Shown here piece after piece: positions 48,822 to 61,200 of a stretch of DNA of 64,000 bases (positions are counted from its first letter, which is position 1; each line of letters starts with the position of its first letter). The translations under genes and the position numbers were made by a program. Source of the stretch: Puccinia triticina (Eukaryota). Under the pieces are notes generated by a model that was given only the letters and a program-made list of their open reading frames with translations, did not search any database and was not told the origin of the DNA. The stretch lies in contig CP110439.1 of NCBI GenBank assembly GCA_026914245.1, positions 4,154,001 to 4,218,000 of the forward strand, read 5' to 3'.

Positions 48822-51800
48822 CGAATCAGTATTGCGACAGGCAATAAATGGGACCAGAAGGAGCTTTTCGCGGTGGCCAAGGGTAATGCCACTCTCCGGT
48901 TTTCAAATGGAGCAACCATTGTATTGAAGGACGCCTTATATGTGCCAAACTTGACGCAAAGCCTCATCTCCTTTGCTCAATTGATGGAGAATCAAGCCGT
49001 AATTATGCCATCACCAACAGGTTTTGAAGTAAAGATTGATGATCTGAGCTCACTCGCGATTGACACCTCAAACTTCATATTTGAGATCATCGGCCTTCGA
49101 GACCTACAAGAGCAGCCAATTGCGAATCTCACTGAAGTCAAGTCCGCTCCTGCGGCAAGCGATTTCAAACTCTGGCATTGGCGCATGGGCCACGCAAGTA
49201 GGAAGCGCATCAAAACGATGCTTGGTAAAGCCTTGCCTGCACAAGAGACAAAGGCTTGTGAAGCTTGTATGAAAGGGAAGATCTCCCGTTTACCCTTTAA
49301 CAGTCACTTCAAGCCAGCCCCTGCACCCTTGGACACTGTCCATGCGGACCTGGTGGGCCTGATCTTGCCAGCTACCAACAGCGGAGCTTGTTATTTTCTG
49401 ACCATTGTTGATCAATACTCCGGTCACATTCACACGGAAAACCTGAAGGAGAAGAGCGGCGCGATGGCGGCTATACTAGAATTCAAGAAGTTTTTCGAAA
49501 GCCAAACTGGCAAGTCAATCAAACAGTTGATAACAGACGGCGGAAGCGAGTTTGTCAGCAAAAATCTCAGCGAGATGCTGAAGGAGGCCGGCATCCAACA
49601 CCATGTGTCGCCGCCCTACACACCCCAGCACAACGGCTTTGCTGAAAGAGCCAACTGCACCGTGATCGAAATGACGCAAACTCAAATGATGCAGGCTAAT
49701 ACACTGCCAGAATAATTGACTGGGCTGAGGTTATGCCAGTTAAACTGGGATGCAATCAACCAATTCAAACTTGGGTGATCTCAACTGATGAAACATAAAT
49801 CCAAGGTACCCCCCTTGGGTTTATATTTAATTGGTTGAGATCAACCAAGTTTAAATTGGTTGAGTGCATCCCAGTTAAACTGGGATGACTTCAACCCAGC
49901 CAAATATGCTGGAAGTGATATGGCCCCTGAATGGTGGGGTGAAGCAGTGAAGGCGGCTACTGCAACTACCAACAGCCTACCCTTGCTGTCCAAGAGCCAA
50001 GCTTCACCTATCAAGCTCATGTTTCAAATGAAACCAAACCTTAAATTTTTCAGGCCGTTTGGTTGCCGAGCTTGGATTGTCAAGCCCAAGTAGAATTGGG
50101 GTCAGAAGTTTGGACCCATAGCGTGGGATGGCATCATGTTAGGTTATGACAACGACTTCTCTTCCTACCGGATATACCGACCCAAAGACAGAACTATTGT
50201 TACGTCAAAGCAAGTTCACTTTGATGAAACAACATTTCCGCAATGTGTGGCTCTGCAAAAAAGCCACAACGTCTACGGTATCAACAAACTTCCGTCTTTT
50301 TCCTCTTCCAAGCCAATGCCCTTCTCAGAGGAGCAGGACTTCGTGGACCAGCAAATGGCTGAAGATGAAGAGTGCAAAGAAGAAAACAAAATCAATCAGA
50401 TCTTAGGCAAAATTGCCCCAGGACCCCGTCTTGAAGGTCAGGACGAACTTAGTGATGATGACGAAACGGCAACCCCTTGTCAGGATGGTCCCTCTCTGGA
50501 GCCGCGTCAACCTTGAATTGTTAAGGTCATCGGTCCAAGACACCCAACTCAGATCACTAGCGACATCGACCCAGCCAACATCTGTAATTACAGTCGACAA
50601 CAAATGTTCCATACCACTGCCGCAACTGACCCGGCAAATCACAAGCAAGCAATGCGCTTGGATGAATCGCTGAGTTGGAAGGAGGCCGAGTTGAAGGAAG
50701 CTGCTAACATGATTCAACACAATTTCTGGTTGCAGCGAGCCCGAGAACCCACCGATACACCCATTCCAGCCACATGGGCGTTTCGAAAAAAGCTTGGTCC
50801 GGATAATCAGATTACAGAGTTCAAAGCGCGCATCTGTGCGCAGGGCTTTCGCCAGACCCACGGCGTGAACTTTGAATCTAGATTTGCTCCAACCGGTTGT
50901 CCTTGTGCACTTCGTCTCTTCATCTCTTTTGCGGTAGACAACGACCTTGCCATACATCAACTGGATGTTCGGAGCGCATTCCTCACGTGTCCTCTCAAGG
51001 ACAAGGTTACTCTATTACCTCCACCTGGGCTCAATTTTCCGCCGAACACAGTCTTGGAACTGAAGAAGGCAATATATGGTCTTCGACAGGCGCCCCTAGT
51101 TTGGTACAATCACTTGTTGACCTACCTGAAGAAAATCAGCTTTACAATCTCGGTTGCTGACCCTTGTGTCTTTTATTGGCGCGGAGTTCCTGGTCGCGAA
51201 GATACATATGTCTTTGCGCATGTCAATGACTTGGGTCTTCGTTAGCAAGGATCCTCTGAAGTTTAAGAACAAGATGGAGGCGGAATTCAAAATAAAATAT
51301 ATGGGTGAAGCCAAATTCTTACTCGGCATGAACATCAAGCAATCTGCCGGAGCCATTCAAATCAATCAATCCCAATTCATCGACCGCAAGCTGGAAGAAT
51401 TTGGTTTTGACAAACTCCACCCAGCCACCTGTCCGCTCAATCCAAAGGAGTATCTCAGGAAAGCGACCCAGCAAGAAATAGCTGATTTCCGCAAGACTGG
51501 CATCAACTATTGTGCGCTCATCGGCTCCCTCAACTACTTAAGCGTTTTAACGCGCCCGGACATCGCCTATGCAGTGAGCTCATTGTCACAGTACCTGGAA
51601 TCGCCGGGTATGCTGCACTACCACGCTGCAGTCCAGGTCTATCGGTATCTTTCCGGCACTCGCAGCTTAGGTCTCACTTACATCAAGAATCAGAACAATG
51701 CTCTGAAGGCCTACGTTGACGCAGACTGGGGGAATTGCCCCGACACTCGCCGCTCTTCCACCAGATTTGCAATTATGTCGGGTACTCACCTTCTGGCCTG

Positions 51801-52785
51801 GAAATCGTCCAAGCAGGCAACTGTTTCCTTGTCAACAACAGAGGCCGAGTACAAGGCACTCTCCGATCTTGGCCGGGAACTTGCCTGGTTATCAAATCTA
51901 ATCTCTGAAGTCAAAATCCGCCCTGAATTGCAGCAAATTCAGGTCCTAGTGGACAACAAAGGAGCAATTGACTTGGCAAAAAGCGAAACCTCACAGGATA
52001 GCTTCAGAACCAAACATATGTCGATCTGCCTACACTTTGTGCGAGAAATCGTGATTCGAAAGCTCATTCAACTCAATTAGATTCGGTCCGAAGCCAACGC
52101 GGCTGACTTTCTCACCAAACCAGTCGGCCGAGTCATCATCCGCAGAGCGCTGGAACTCATCGGCATCAAATCCTGTTTGCAATCTGCTTCCAGTCTACCG
52201 GCTCGAAGCATGGCGGGATGTCAGGATTTGGGTACATCCCCAAATCAGAGGAAGCGCAAGGCAGCTAAACCTAACCCCACAGGGGACCAAGGTGAGCCGG
52301 CGCGACCTTCAGGCGCATGCAATATGCATGCTGCCCTCAGGCGGATGGAATGTACTAAAGCTAATTCCTCCGCTCCAAACCTTCTAGCCACGTCAGCAAT
52401 CAACAAAGCACCCAAGCAACCCAAACAGGACAAACCACCTTCAAGGTAAGTGAGTCTGTTGGGATAGCCTCAGCTAGGATTGGAGGAGCTGACTAGAGCA
52501 CATTTATGATCTAACAGCGCACTCGGATCCGACGCCCAAGACCGAACCGGTCCAAGCCTCAGCAATAGAATCTCTCACTCCAGTAACAGAGGTAAGTTCA
52601 TTGCTGCAGTGCTCTAGTCATAAAATGACCTTAGACTGACCGTTGCTCTTACGCACTGTGATAGACAACCGCGGTCCCAAATCTCTCCTAGCTCGTATTG
52701 GTGATTCTTGAGTTACAAGACACTCGAGCTAAAGTAAGAAGAACCTTTCTTATCAAGCGCGTCCTTAGGAGCGTGAACACTGACA
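48822..52785 (+). mobile_element. 5'-truncated degenerate Copia (protease tail, IN, RT, RH) with 3' LTR 52219-52785
   Basis: ALYVPNL, WHWRMGH..CEAC, ITDGGSEF, PQHNGFAER, FKARICAQGF, KAIYGLRQAP, YVDADWG; PPT GGCGGGA then TGTCAG..CTGACA. Confidence 0.92.
49702..49917. mobile_element. CACTA-type foldback MITE (216 bp), TSD ATA, inside the Copia integrase
   Basis: CACTGCCAG / CTGGAAGTG ends, palindromic body; removal restores QANMAPEWW. Confidence 0.9.
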
Positions 52786-52795
52786 AGATAAATAT

Positions 52796-54600
52796 TGTCA
52801 GCCCTCAGAACTCAAAGGTTCCTTCAGCTGCACCGCAGCTCTACAGACCAATCTATCTCACTTATACTCAGTACCAAGCGGATCTGCTCCTAGGTACTGC
52901 TTTGTTTCTCATTTCTCTCTCTGTCTCCAAGAATGTTGGATAGACCTATTTAGCTCATATGAAATGATAAACTCCTAGTTGTGTGAAATCTAACAGAGGA
53001 CAAGCCGCACACTGGAAGTACAGCAGCAGAGGACGCCCTGGGGATTATCCAAACTCAAGGGCACCTCTTTTTATACACGTTCCACTTCCCCCAGAAGCTT
53101 GCATTGGCCCTGCATGCTATTCACATATCCTTGGCAACAATGCCACCGCCACGCCGCTGATGCATCTTTGACCCGCGCGGCACTGACTCCATATGGATGT
53201 AACCTACACACCCGGACAAATTGGGCAAAGCCGCGGCGCCATGAGGGCGCTGGGGCTGTACAGGCGCCAGTTGGGCGTTACATGACGCCAGCTTGGCGTC
53301 ACGGTGATAGGGGGCGGGGCGCCCAAGGCCAGGTGGCGTCAGGACCCACATCAGGTTTTTGTAAGCCACGCTGGGCGCCTTCTGGTCGCCCGTCTCGCAG
53401 GCCAACCCGTCGTGATGGTCGGGCAGGCATCAATCCCTGTAATAATTGGAATAATCCCAACAGCACACTGATATATAACCAATAAATGAGTTGACTGTTT
53501 AGCACTGACAACACCTTAGATCATACCTAGCACATACCTGATATATAACCAATAAATGAGTTGACTGTTTACCACCGACAACACCTTAGATCACACCTAG
53601 CACACACCTGCACGTTGGACGAGCAGAGCGAGGATTTTTAGATTTTATTGTGAAGGACACGCGAAGAGGGATTTAGATCAGTCTCTTTTCTTCACTTGAA
53701 TGTTTTAATTGAGCGTGTATAACTTGGATTGATATGAAAACAAAAGGAATATACGAGAAACATGATAGGAGAATGGACTAGCTAGCAAACCTGATATATA
53801 ACCAATAAATAAGTTGACTGTTTACCACCGACAACACCTTAGATCACACCTAGCACACACCTATGATGAAATGAATAAAAGTAAATAGAAGAACATTTTA
53901 AGTATGTAGATGATGAGATATGATAGATAGGAGCAAAGAGTGCATACCTGCACGTTGGACAAGCAGAGCGAGGATTTTTAGATATATTTTATTGTGAAGG
54001 ACACACAAAGAGGGATTTAGATCTGAATGAGAACATGAATATTGATAAAGAAGATAAGGAAGAGAATGAAAATCAGTCTTGAGTCGGGTTGTTTTTGATT
54101 GGGTTGAACTTTGGCTTACCAGTCTCTTTTCTTCACTTGAATGTTTTAATTGAGCGTGTGAAGAAAAAAGACTGGTAAGTTGTCGAGATTTGCGGTTGTT
54201 TTGTAGGTGCGGCAAATGATTAGGGTTAGGTTTTAAGACTTGATGCGAGTGAGAATTGCATACGCCTCATTCTTCCGGCTGCGTGTTTCGAATACGCAGT
54301 CGCGGTTTAGCATACTCTAACAATCCCTTGCGCTGCGGTGGCGCTGCCGACATGGGAGGTCCACATCAGGGGGTCGCCCCCAGGCCGCCAACCTGACCCG
54401 GTCGCTGGAGTGGCGACACAGTGAGGCGTCCGGCCCCAAATCGCGGGCGAGCCGGCCGGTTGACCACCTGATGACGCTGGCCATCGACCTTGCATGCCCG
54501 CCGTTTAAGGCCGGCTACCGCTATGTACATGGGACGAAACATCCGAGGAAGGCTTGGATCAAAAATTCTCGCCATCTGCGGCGCTGAGAAGCGCATGACA
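52796..54600 (-). mobile_element. Probable LTR interrupted by a second solo LTR
   Basis: TGTCA..TGACA ends; GC-rich sequence continues across the insert; TATA on the minus strand near 53070; no TSD. Confidence 0.45.
53438..54322 (-). mobile_element. Solo LTR (885 bp) with TSD ATCCC and internal 70-bp duplications
   Basis: TGTAA..TAACA ends with ATCCC on both sides; repeats at 53468, 53538 and 53791. Confidence 0.85.
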
Positions 54601-55234
54601 TAAGGCTGGCGGCGCTCTCAACAGGGTCCCTATCATGGGAACGCCGGAGGAGTTTCTGGCGCTTTGAGAACACAACCAGCAACCAGCACGTTTGCATCAA
54701 CAAAAAGCTTGACGGAGAACCACTCGATGACTCTGTTGGATTCCTTAGCTCAGGATCCCAATTGTCCTTCATGGTCCAGCCGCCCAATCCACTCCTCCAA
54801 CTTTGCTGATCAATTTTTACAGCTTTGATTTCATGTATCTCTCATTCCAAATTGTTACTACCCATTCAAATAAAGACCTTGTCTTATTCATGATTGAGTA
54901 TTGCTGATTGAACTGTACAGTTTATCAATTTAAAAAGCTTAAAATTTAGTTCTTCACTGACACAAATGTCATAGGAGTTTCTGAGCTAGGTACATGATTT
55001 TATACAAAGTGATAAAATCATCTTTAATGTGAGCTACATCCTCAAGAAAATGGGTACTAAAGTTTTTCAAATTCCAATTGTGAAACCCTGGAAAAACAAA
55101 TGATGCTCGTCAATTGTGGATAATGCAAGTTACAGTCAAACCTATGAAACCACATTCTTGTTTAAGGGAGTAACTTTCCAAACCCCACACTCATTTAGGT
55201 TCACCAAAATTTAATTTTGGTGAGTAGCTAACTC

Positions 55235-58200
55235 TTGAAACCACATAAACTGCCTAACTGCGCCACCGCTACCGCCTTAGCCCAGCCGCCAAAGAACGGC
55301 TTCGAAGGGCTAGAAGCAGCCTTGCCGGACCTGCAGGAGGGATTCCTCAAGCTCCCAGAAGAGGAGCCGCTCCCCCCAGATACTGGGATCCCTCCGGCCC
55401 TATACCAGCCAAGGGAGACATCTATAGCCCTAGCATCAAGCAGATCCACGCCAGTTCTGCGGCCCATCGACAGAGAGAAGATAGATTTAATGGTGAACCT
55501 TCCTCTGACGAGTCAACCGCCCTCCCAGCCTACCAACCCAGAGGGCATGACCCAATCTAGCCCTCCTTCCGTACACTCAGAACCCTCCGGACCTATGCAT
55601 CTTATCCCGGAAGAGGAGGAGCTATTGAGCCTCATCAGCATGTTCAACGAGCAGTTCAACCTGTTTGTCCGCGCCAGGGAGGCGCAGAACACATTAACTA
55701 TGAGGCGCCTCCTCTCCCAAGCGTCTCTGACCCAAGAGATGATAATAGAACCCGTTGGGAGGAACAACCCAATCCGTCTCTGTCAAGAATGGATACCCAG
55801 AGACAAGCTACACAGCCTGGAAGCTTCCCTAATGATTTAGAACAACGGCCCAGGACCGCAGAACTTGCCGGCGCAAATAATCCGGCCTCCTTTGCAACTA
55901 GCCATAGTGCCGCACGCCAGTTAGCAACCTATTCTAGCGACGCCGACGCCAGAACCCACGGGCTCTCAACTACGAGCTATGGCGCAGGAGTTCCAGGGTC
56001 CTACCCCCTCGAACCATCCACAGTTTCAGCCACAGCCGCAGTCAAAGCCGCGCCTAGAGAACCAGAATTACCACGGTCCTCCAATGCCGCCGCCGCCACC
56101 GCCGCAGATGCTCCAAGTGAGGCCGCCACCAGCTTCTATACCGCGAGAAGTGGTTCAGTTGTTCCGCCCCAGCCCGAATCATCAAACTGGCGGGTACAAT
56201 CCACACCTTTATCCTCACATGCTGCAAAGATTTGCAGACCACAACCCCCCTCATCCTCAAGGCAACTGGAGAGGATCAGAGATGAACTGGAGACGCCCAC
56301 GGGACAATACTCAGAGGGTTCCAGAAATAGAAGAATACCTAATGAGAGCCACACGAGGAGTGAGGAGAGGCTATGGAAGCAAGAGAGCCAGGGGGAGAGG
56401 CCCTTATTAGATGAATCTTTGCCTAAAAGTTCCCTAACTAGTGATTCACCATTAGGTCTTAGTTTGGATATTGATAATCTTTCTGATCCCTCAAATAGAG
56501 AGTTTTTTCTCAATAACCTTAACAATGAAATGTCTAGAAATGGCCCTTTATTTCTAGAAGAAAAACTACAAGTCTTGTTCTTTAAATTTCTTTCTGAATT
56601 ATCTGGTACTGTTGAAACTATTCCAGGTACTCTTCTTGAATCCTGTGTCAGCAATTTCAAAGATGTCTTGAATCATTCCATCCTTGATCTGTTTAAAAAT
56701 GATTTCATTCCCTTTTTACTTGACCAAATCCTGAATAACATAGGTGAGAGTTCCAGAGAGAAATCCACAGTGAACAACAATGTGTTAGAACAATTGAAAA
56801 AACACATAGATGAGAAATTTGAGACAGTTCAAGACTTGATTCTGGTAAATGAATCTCAATGTCATTCCAACATGGATACAATTGGTCAAAATCTGAAAGA
56901 TTTTGAGGAGAAAGTGAGCAACAATCTTTCATCCATTGGTAATCAGATCAATGATCTTCATGCAAATGAGCACGACAGATTTGAACAATCGAAGACAAGA
57001 TTCAGTGACATATCTTCTGTAGTAAATTTTGTGAACACAAAGCTGGATTCTTTGGTAATACCAGATGATAGAGAACAACCACCACATCTCTTATACAATA
57101 ATCCTTTTCAGAATGTCCATCATGAGCAACAACAGGAAAACAGAGCCCCTCCTCCTGTTCCTACTCCTGAACCCCAGAGACCATCAAGAGATAAATTCCC
57201 CAAACCTGCAAGCAATACTCCTAATGCAAATTCTCAAGAAGAATTCCCTTACATTGATCATGGAGCAGTAGACTTTGAAATGAGGAAGGAATTGTGAAAG
57301 GTATTCCTAAGAATGGAGACTGGGAGAAATTCTCTGGAGAATTGCCTTACAATCATGAACTTTGGATTAAAAACACTGATATCCTTGTCAGAGACTACTT
57401 GATGCTAGATAATATGATAATCAGTAGATTAAAAATCTTGTTGACTGACACTGCAAGGAATTGGTACCTAGGCATCAGAGATCAGTATGGAAACAAATCT
57501 TGGGCTTGGTGGAAGAATGCCATCAGAAATAAGTTTGGCACTGAGAACTGGAAATGGAAAACGCAACAGGAGTTTGAGAGTGATCACTTTGCCTATGATG
57601 GGAGGAAAATCCATAAATGGTTTGGTGATCAGAGAGAAAGACTGAAAGCTTATCAACCTGAACTCAGTCAGTATCTTATTTGTGAGAAGATCTTAAAGCA
57701 ATGCCCTCCAAACCTTGAGCATGCTATTAAAAGCAGATATAAAAGAGATGCTACTGAGATGAGCTTTGAGGATATGGTTATAATTGCTGAAGAAGTCATA
57801 GACAGAGTCATGAAAAGGAATAAACCTGTGACAAACAATTATAATGCTCCAAACAGATCCCAATGGAGAAATAATCCTGCCCCTGAGAAAACTGATAAGC
57901 CAACGGACTCCTCTACAAAAAGGAATCCTGTCTCTGCCCCTGAGAAGGAAAAACTTATATGCCATTTCTGCAAACACACTGGCCACTTCTCCAGGGAATG
58001 CCCTAAGAAGAAAAACAGAATCAACAATGTAGGAATGGATGATGATGATGATCCCAAGAGTGGCAATGAGGAAGATCAAAGTGTACCACAGAAATATGAA
58101 TCAGAACTAGATGAAGAAGAAGAGAATCATGGAACCAACCACATGATCCTTGCTATGGACAATGGAAATGGTGCCAACTATGATACCTTAGTTGACTTTG

Positions 58201-58290
58201 ATTTTGGATCACATGCTGTAGAGTGTGAGATAAACCAAGACTTCTCCATTGCTGAAATTCAAGCTGAAACTCATCAACCTCAGACCTGGG
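55235..58290 (+). pseudogene. gag: Gypsy gag region (frameshifted near 57295) with an upstream overlapping ORF
   Basis: WEKFSGELPYNH, LTDTARNWY, knuckle CHFCKHTGHFSREC; truncated by the DIRS-like insert. Confidence 0.85.
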
Positions 58291-61200
58291 CACAAAAAAG
58301 GAACGATCTGGCTTATCCTCTTTTCTATTTTCCCTTCAGGTAACTGGACCTTCTTATTGATGCCGTTCCACACAAAGCCAATGAACTTCTGCTTGTCAGA
58401 GAAGTTTGTGAATATCTTCTTGTTTGTCAAGACTCCCAACTCCAAAGATTTCTCTACAATATCGCGCATATCCACCGGTGCTCCTTTTACTTGCACAAAA
58501 AGGTTATTGTTGACCCACCTGAAAACCGTAACTAAATCAAAGCGACTTTTCATTATCAGTTTCCACGCGTCCGCTGGCCGCCCGAAAGAGCCACACCCAG
58601 CTACGCCCCCGAAGGTGATGCATGTGTTTAACAGGAAATTGCCTTCAAAATCTTTTAGAAGCAAATACCTCCACTGCTCCATCTTTGTAGGAATTTGCCA
58701 ATAGGCTTTTTTGCAGTCAAATAAAGCCAACTCCAGTTTCCGGTCGTTGCCCACAAAGAATTTTGACACAACATTGAAATCATCCCATGTTGTGTTGAAA
58801 ATTGACAAATGAGTTTACCGACTTGATATCTGCATCTCCCCTTGGGAAGGACAGATCGTTGATTGGTCGGACTGCACCGTCATTGTTGACCACCGCTCCT
58901 AGAGGATTGGACCTAAAGAGGTCAAACCTAGCTGAAACTTCTTCCCGAGAGAAAGGGCCAAACATCCGCCCAGTTCTTAGTTTGTGTTGAATTGACTCTT
59001 CTATCTTTATCCTTGCAAGCTTGGAAGATTTATGATTGTCTGGTGTGAAACAATCCAGATTCCCTAACCTATGATAGGAAATACCTTGATCAAACCCTTT
59101 CTTGAAACCTAGTAGTACGTCGTCATAATCCAGCAAAAGACCATTTTCCAATAAGGCTGCACGCCAAGCCGCCAAATTCATTTCACAACGCGCATTTGAT
59201 GGCCAAAGTTTCTCTGTATCTCCCTCCATCAAATTCACAACGGTGTCAACACTGGGTCGCTACGCTATTTCAGCGCTACGGGTTAGCGTAGCGGCAAAAA
59301 GCGCCCGGCTATTTTGCATAGCGTTAGCGCGCTGTTAGCGCCGCTACGCTACGCTAATTTTCAGCGGCGCTAACAGCGCGCCAATTCTTTGTTAGCGTTA
59401 GCGCGCCGCTACAGTCGCTACGCTACGCTGCGCTGCGCTACAGCGCTTTTAGCGGAAAAAAGCCCTTTTTTCCCGCTAAAGGCGCTGTAGCGCAGCGTAG
59501 CGCGCGCTCTTTTGCGCCCTGCATGTTTAGCGTTAGCGCAATTGCGCGCATCTGCGCTAACGCTACGCTATCAGCTAAAATAGCTGCGCACCGCGTGCGC
59601 GTAGCGTTAGCGCATATGCATGCAATTGCGCTAACACTACGCTAAAAAATAGCGCATTTGCGCTGCGCTACGCTACGCTAACCGCTATGGTTAGCGTAGC
59701 GACCCAGTGTTGACGGTGTGCGTAGAAAAATCCTCATTTCTGCTACTATGATAAACAAACGAAAAGAAGAAACACAATGGACGCGAGAAAAAAAATGAGT
59801 AATCTATCTGTCTGCGACTCGCTCCATGTTACCAATGAAATTGGTTTGGTAGAGAAAAAAACAATTTCCAGTTGCCTTCGTGTACTGCACACATTTGAAG
59901 CTGGAGTACTGGAACGAGGAGAGAACAAGGGAGCCTACTGTGGGTCTTTTTCCTTCACGGCTGATTTTCCATTCTCTTTTTTAGTCCCATATCTTGAAGG
60001 ACCGTGATCGCGTCCATAGCCACCGGGAGCACCCCAATTATAGCCTCCAGCAAAATCGTCTTGTTGATGATAATCCTGGTCTGAATAGTCGCGGTATCTT
60101 CTGTTATACCCGTCATCTTGATGATAGTCCGGGTGGGCCGACTAGTCCGAATTTCTTCTTTCTTGGCCGAAACGGTCTCCAGATCCTTGACCCCTTGAAC
60201 CTCCTCTGCCTCTTGTAGAAAGCCTGCTCTCTTGACAACCGACATAGTCTTCCTGCACCTTCCCTTTTGATTCTTTTGGTTTACCTGTCTTCAGATCCCA
60301 GCCAAACTTCTTCCCTCCGTACGCATAAGGATTGTCGGTCCATTCAAGTTCGTCTAAAGCCTTTGTTACATTGTAAGCTCTAACTCTGACATCTTCTCTG
60401 TAGATTGATATGTCTACCGCCGAGACAACTCCTTCATCCACCGGCACTTGATAAGAGAAGGTGTTCTGCCTCACGATCAAGTCGTACTGGAAACCGGTGA
60501 GAAATTTGAATTTTTTGATGATCTTATTGACGTTTGCCTTATGTTGGAGGATCCACTTGGCAAAATCAGGAAAGTTATACATATCCCTGTACGTTATGTA
60601 GAAATTTCTGTGGTTAGGCGTCCACTTGACAAAGGTTTGTGACCATTTGTTTGGATAGTCGCATCCCGTATAATTTCCGTCTTTTTCATCTGACCTAGAT
60701 CTCTTATTCTTATGAGGTTGGATAGCTTCCTCTTGCCAATCTTTGTCAAAAATCGTCAAAGGCAGAGGGCCCCTAAATTATCGAATGTTCTTGTTGAAAT
60801 ACGGGGTAAAACCCATGTCAAAATGCCTAGGAAGCAATCCCTTGATAAAAACAATTGTTGTCTTCTCTGCAGCTCGTTTCGCGACGTTGGGCGCTGTGAC
60901 AATAGCGTTGGACGATTTCGCCCGCAAAACATTTGGCTTCATTATTGGTGGGCCTCATGAGCTAGAAACGTTCGTGGTCGCGAGAGCTTTGACCTCCTTC
61001 TTATATAAACCAAAAAAGAACTCCGCATCTTCTTCGTCGCCCTTATTCACCGCCTCTGTCAGCCGGGCTACTATAATAAGTTAGAGCCCGGCTAACTATT
61101 GTAACAGTACAAAAATTGTATGTAATAATAGCGGCGCAGAGCGCCGCGTACAAAATAGACTTCTTTCTTGTAAGAAAAGACCTAACTGCGGCGCGGAGCG

